From the NCBI GenBank assembly GCA_964581035.1, contig CAZOLO010000005.1:1-58651 (forward strand): DNA of 58,651 nt, written 5' to 3'. The notes below the pieces were generated by a model that saw only the letters and a program-made list of their open reading frames with translations, was not told the DNA's origin and did not search any database. Of this stretch, positions 55,212 through 58,651 are shown piece after piece. The stretch's first letter is position 1. Every line of letters starts with the position of its first letter. Origin of the DNA: an uncultured Candidatus Saccharibacteria bacterium. Its GTDB lineage: Bacteria; Patescibacteriota; Minisyncoccia; Phycocordibacterales; CSBR16-119. The translations under genes and the position numbers were made by a program.

Positions 55212-55364
55212 GTTTTGTAACAAGGTTTGGAAGTTTAGAAACCCTTGAAAAATAAGGTCAAATATCGATTATGATTTTACTCATAAAATATAGTTGACAG
55301 GAAATGATAGATGGGTATGATGTATATCCATTTGTTTTTAATTGACAAATCATATAAAGAAAGT

Positions 55365-55510
55365 TCTAACCTCTAAGTAATCAGCGTTCGCTCGCCCTGC
55401 AGTTCTAAAAAGGACGCCCTGGTTTCCGGTCCGCCGGAGTTACTGCGACTATCCTTTGAGGCTCTGCTACCTTTAGAACATAGTTCTAGAGGGATTGTTT
55501 GGGGGTTAGA
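55365..55510 (+). ncRNA. Candidate structured ncRNA (6S-RNA-like rod)
   Basis: 18-bp closing stem TCTAACCTCTAAGTAATC/GATTGTTTGGGGGTTAGA with G-U pairs; apical TCCGG/CCGGA; then a T-run and hairpin 55524-55556. Confidence 0.5.
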
Positions 55511-55604
55511 GATTTTTTTTACAAAAAAACACACAGTCACAAACTGTGTGTTTTTTAATATTGACTTTTTTATTAGTATTGGTATTGTTTGGAAAAAAGA
55601 AAAA

Positions 55605-55781
55605 ATGAGTGCAATAAAAAAAGTATTAGCGGCTATGGAGTCTCTTTTGGGAAATGATAAATTTTTTGAAATAGAAGCTCAAATTTACTGGAAAAGATAT
55701 AGTGCATTATTGAAGGTTGGATTTTCAAAAGAAGAGGCGATTGATATATTGAAATCCAATCAAGACAATTATAGCGCCTGA
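55605..55781 (+). CDS. Small hypothetical protein (58 aa)
   Basis: MSAIKK..YSALLKVGFSKEEAIDIL; ends at hairpin ~55792-55815. Confidence 0.5.
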   Translation: MSAIKKVLAAMESLLGNDKFFEIEAQIYWKRYSALLKVGFSKEEAIDILKSNQDNYSA

Positions 55782-55813
55782 AGAATTTACAAAAAAGAGC
55801 CATTTGGCTCTTT

Positions 55814-57526
55814 TTAATATACCTCTGATAGGTCAACTGACCTTTCTACTTCAGCGATAGAAGTGATTCCTTTTAGGGATTTAATGACACCATCCTCCTG
55901 CATGGTCAGGAATCCTTGCTTGGCTGCAACTTCTCGGATCTCTCTCTCACTTGGGTTTGTTGGAATAATTTTTTCTATCTCTTCGTCTGCTGCCACAGCT
56001 TCAAATACACCAAGTCTTCCTTTGTATCCGGTTGGGGCTATTTCAGATGGCACTGGTTTGAATAATACGTATCCTTTTTTTTCTACAAGAGATATATCAA
56101 TTCCATATTTTGAGAAATCTTTTCCTTGAGATATCCCATGTTTCAAAACATTTAATATTTTTGCGTGCTCTTCCTCTGTTGGTGAGTAACTCTTTTTTGT
56201 TTCTGGATACAGAACTCTAACAAGTCTCTGGGCGATAGCTAGCGACAGAGCGGATGGAATTGTTTTTGCATTTACACCAAGGTCAATAAGTCTAGGGATT
56301 GCACCAGCGGCATTGTTGGTGTGGAGTGTTGAGAAAACAATGTGCCCAGTAAGAGCAGACTCTATGGCGATTTTAGCTGTTTCTCCATCTCGAATCTCTC
56401 CAACCATGATTACGTCAGGGTCTTGTCTCAAGGCACTTCGGAGACCTTCAAGGAATGTATAGCCTTTTTTCTTGTTTGTTTGTGTTTGTGTTATTCCAGG
56501 CAGGTGGTACTCAATAGGGTCTTCAATAGTAATAATTTTCTTCTCTGTAGAGAATATCTTCTGAAGGAAAGAGTACAGACTTGTTGTTTTACCAGAACCC
56601 GTTGGGCCAGTTAGAATGATAAGACCATTTGGTTTTGTGATCTCCTTCAGCACTCTTTCAAGTAGGAAGGGGTCCATACCCAAACTTTCCATACCTGTTT
56701 TTATATTTCTTGGGTCAAGAAGTCTAAGAACAATTGATTCCCCGTAAGCCCCAGGAATAGCAGATGCACGAATGTTTATTTCTGCGTTATCTATAATAAT
56801 TGAAAATCTACCATCTTGGTTTTTGTTAGAAACGGTTATTTTCATTCCAGATAGAAGTTTGATTCTTGCAGACAAAAGTTTGAACATTTTTTGAGGGAAA
56901 GACACAAGCTCTTGTAGAACTCCATCTATTCTAAATCGAAGCTTGATTTCATCTTCTTCTGGTTCTACGTGGATATCAGAAGCCCCGAGACCAATACTTG
57001 CAGCTAGAATAGCTTCAAGTAGGGAAGATACTGTTGAAACACCACCACCATCAACTATTTCTTGAATAGCAGTTCTTGCTGAGCTTAGTGTCTTAGTTTT
57101 TTCTTTTAGGCTCTCCAGAGACTCGCTATGAATCTCTAGACTTCCTGCAGATGAATTTTTTGAAAGAGAAATTTCTTCATATCTAAGATGAACCTTAGCG
57201 ATACTTTTAGTAGATGCCATAAATAAGTTAGGAAAAAAACCTTGTTTTTCAAGGACTTTTACCAACGCAAGAGTCTCTGGAAAGTGAGGTGACCTCACTG
57301 CTAGATCTATACTTTTTCCTTTGATATGAAAAGGGCCAACCATAGCCTCTTTTGCTAGTTTTTCTGGAACAACCTCAAGGGCGGCATTTTCAATAAAAAC
57401 CTGATTTAGGTCGATATATGGAAGGTTGTATTTAGTTTCAGCTAGAACTTGGACTAAATCCTCCTCTTCTTTAAGGTGAAACTCGTGAAGTTTAGCATCT
57501 TGGTAATCATCTTTAAATTTGGCCAT
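55814..57526 (-). CDS. PilB/GspE-family secretion/pilus assembly ATPase
   Basis: ASDIHVEP, GPTGSGKTT, TIEDPIEY, LRQDPDVIMVGEIRD, TGH..STLHTN. Confidence 0.93.
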   Translation of the reverse strand: MAKFKDDYQDAKLHEFHLKEEEDLVQVLAETKYNLPYIDLNQVFIENAALEVVPEKLAKEAMVGPFHIKGKSIDLAVRSPHFPETLALVKVLEKQGFFPNLFMASTKSIAKVHLRYEEISLSKNSSAGSLEIHSESLESLKEKTKTLSSARTAIQEIVDGGGVSTVSSLLEAILAASIGLGASDIHVEPEEDEIKLRFRIDGVLQELVSFPQKMFKLLSARIKLLSGMKITVSNKNQDGRFSIIIDNAEINIRASAIPGAYGESIVLRLLDPRNIKTGMESLGMDPFLLERVLKEITKPNGLIILTGPTGSGKTTSLYSFLQKIFSTEKKIITIEDPIEYHLPGITQTQTNKKKGYTFLEGLRSALRQDPDVIMVGEIRDGETAKIAIESALTGHIVFSTLHTNNAAGAIPRLIDLGVNAKTIPSALSLAIAQRLVRVLYPETKKSYSPTEEEHAKILNVLKHGISQGKDFSKYGIDISLVEKKGYVLFKPVPSEIAPTGYKGRLGVFEAVAADEEIEKIIPTNPSEREIREVAAKQGFLTMQEDGVIKSLKGITSIAEVERSVDLSEVY

Positions 57527-57570
57527 ATGTAAGTAAAGTATAGCTTATTTAGGCTTTTTTTGCTTATTTT

Positions 57571-57579
57571 TGTGGATAA
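57571..57579 (-). promoter_or_regulatory. Perfect DnaA box upstream of the pilB-like gene
   Basis: TGTGGATAA. Confidence 0.45.
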
Positions 57580-57687
57580 AAAGACCTCCGCCAGGACCTA
57601 AAATAGACACTTGCAGAGGGCTTGACAAGAGTATTCTTTTATGCTAAGCTTATACAAAATAAATTAAAACAGAAAAACTGATAGCAC

Positions 57688-58651
57688 ATGAAAAATCTAA
57701 TGATTACGTTACTGGTAGCAATTACTTACGTAGTAAATGCCCAGGAGACAAACTTTCGCGCTGGTATCCAGATCGGAGAAGACGCGGAAATGCTTACTCT
57801 TGTTGAGTGCCAGCTGGCACTCCGAGATATTGAAGAGCAGCTTGACTCTTCTATCCCTGAAGAGGTTTGGAAGGGAGAAATTGTTGAGGTACTAAAGTAC
57901 TACAACAAAGCCTATGACCTGGGCCTTAAGGACATCACTTACGAAATGTTTGCAGCTTATGCAGGCAAGGGTAAACTGATGACTTTGAGTGACACAATGA
58001 CTGTAGCTCTCTATGAGCTAACAGACAAAGAAGTTACTTGGGTTGTTAGGACGTCTTACGATGATGAAGAATTCTTTTGCATTCCTGTAAAGGTTGATGG
58101 AAAGGAAATCTGGCTGCCTATTTTTTCTAATTTTTGTTTGAATCCGACCTACTCACCAATTGATGAGAAGTTGGTTGAAGAAATCAAGAAGGCTAAAGAG
58201 CTTGAAGGGTTCTCTCACGCAGAAGATGGTAAAGATGGGTCCGATGGTCTTGACGGTGAAGACGGTGATAGTGGAAAGTCTGCTAATGCCGAAGCTAACA
58301 ACGAAGGAGTTACCATCAACAACTATTACTCAGATGGTAATGGTGGTGGCTACAACAACAATGGAGGCTATGTTTACCAACAAGGTGGAGGTTTTGGGTT
58401 TTCAGCTCAAGCAAGCATTGGATGGGGTCAACCGACTTACAACAATGGTTTCACAAATTGGGGGAACGGATGTTCCTTTAACCACAACACCGGACTGTAC
58501 GGGTATGGAGGTCAAACCTACCAAAACCCAGAACCTATAATCATCATCATTGAAGGTCAGCCAGGTCCTCCGGGAGCTGATGGCAACGATGGCCTTGACG
58601 GTGAAGACGGTGAAGACGGTGAAGACGGTGAAGACGGTGAAGACGGTGAAG
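57688..58651 (+). CDS. Secreted collagen-like (Gly-X-Y) protein, 3'-truncated by the window end (absent from ORF track)
   Basis: Open frame MKNLMITLLVAITYVVNA-Q... with DGKDGSDGLDGEDG, a G/N/Y-rich segment and GQPGPPGADGNDGLD(GED)n; promoter TTGACA-17-TAAGCT (57622-57650). Confidence 0.85.
   Translation, partial: MKNLMITLLVAITYVVNAQETNFRAGIQIGEDAEMLTLVECQLALRDIEEQLDSSIPEEVWKGEIVEVLKYYNKAYDLGLKDITYEMFAAYAGKGKLMTLSDTMTVALYELTDKEVTWVVRTSYDDEEFFCIPVKVDGKEIWLPIFSNFCLNPTYSPIDEKLVEEIKKAKELEGFSHAEDGKDGSDGLDGEDGDSGKSANAEANNEGVTINNYYSDGNGGGYNNNGGYVYQQGGGFGFSAQASIGWGQPTYNNGFTNWGNGCSFNHNTGLYGYGGQTYQNPEPIIIIIEGQPGPPGADGNDGLDGEDGEDGEDGEDGEDGE
58597..58651 (+). repeat. 9-bp tandem repeat (GACGGTGAA)6+
   Basis: Six perfect units run to the window end; a shorter copy lies at 58252-58268. 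Confidence 0.95.

Noticed and set aside
8257-56614. Numerous 60-260 aa antisense or out-of-frame ORFs (e.g. 8257..8808, 21967..22749, 42451..42939)
   Set aside because: They are shadows of better-supported genes that have motifs, promoters or terminators
58160-58540. 126-aa ORF in the track
   Set aside because: Alternative frame inside the longer collagen-like gene starting at 57688

Overview
AT-rich chromosomal segment of a reduced-genome bacterium. Gene content and style point to Patescibacteria/CPR, probably Parcubacteria-like (inference). The window holds the origin cassette (jag-yidC-yidD-rnpA-rpmH <> dnaA-[oriC]-dnaN-dciA-like) and housekeeping genes: ung, xth, cca, a Xer-type recombinase, rpsO, pnp, comM, pcrA, rsmA, a class A PBP, tyrS, ruvB-yebC-ruvC and a PilB/GspE ATPase. 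It also has two tRNAs without encoded CCA (Pro-TGG, Arg-TCG). A 16-kb relaxase-less T4SS-like cluster lies next to the origin and includes a pilin fused to a putative Zn-peptidase. Two genes missing from the ORF track were found by hand: rpmH and a 3'-truncated collagen-like protein. The most interesting signals are non-coding: (1) two diverged copies of a ~130-nt three-way-junction element with covarying stems and tandem G.A motifs in tRNA-like contexts; (2) an anticodon-less tRNA mimic 10 nt upstream of the CCA-adding enzyme gene; (3) nine parS-like sites plus a DnaA-box cluster ~40 kb from dnaA; (4) a 6S-like rod RNA candidate; (5) a split between leaderless core genes and stand-alone orphan cassettes with strong promoters. 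All calls were made by eye, with no database searches or folding software.
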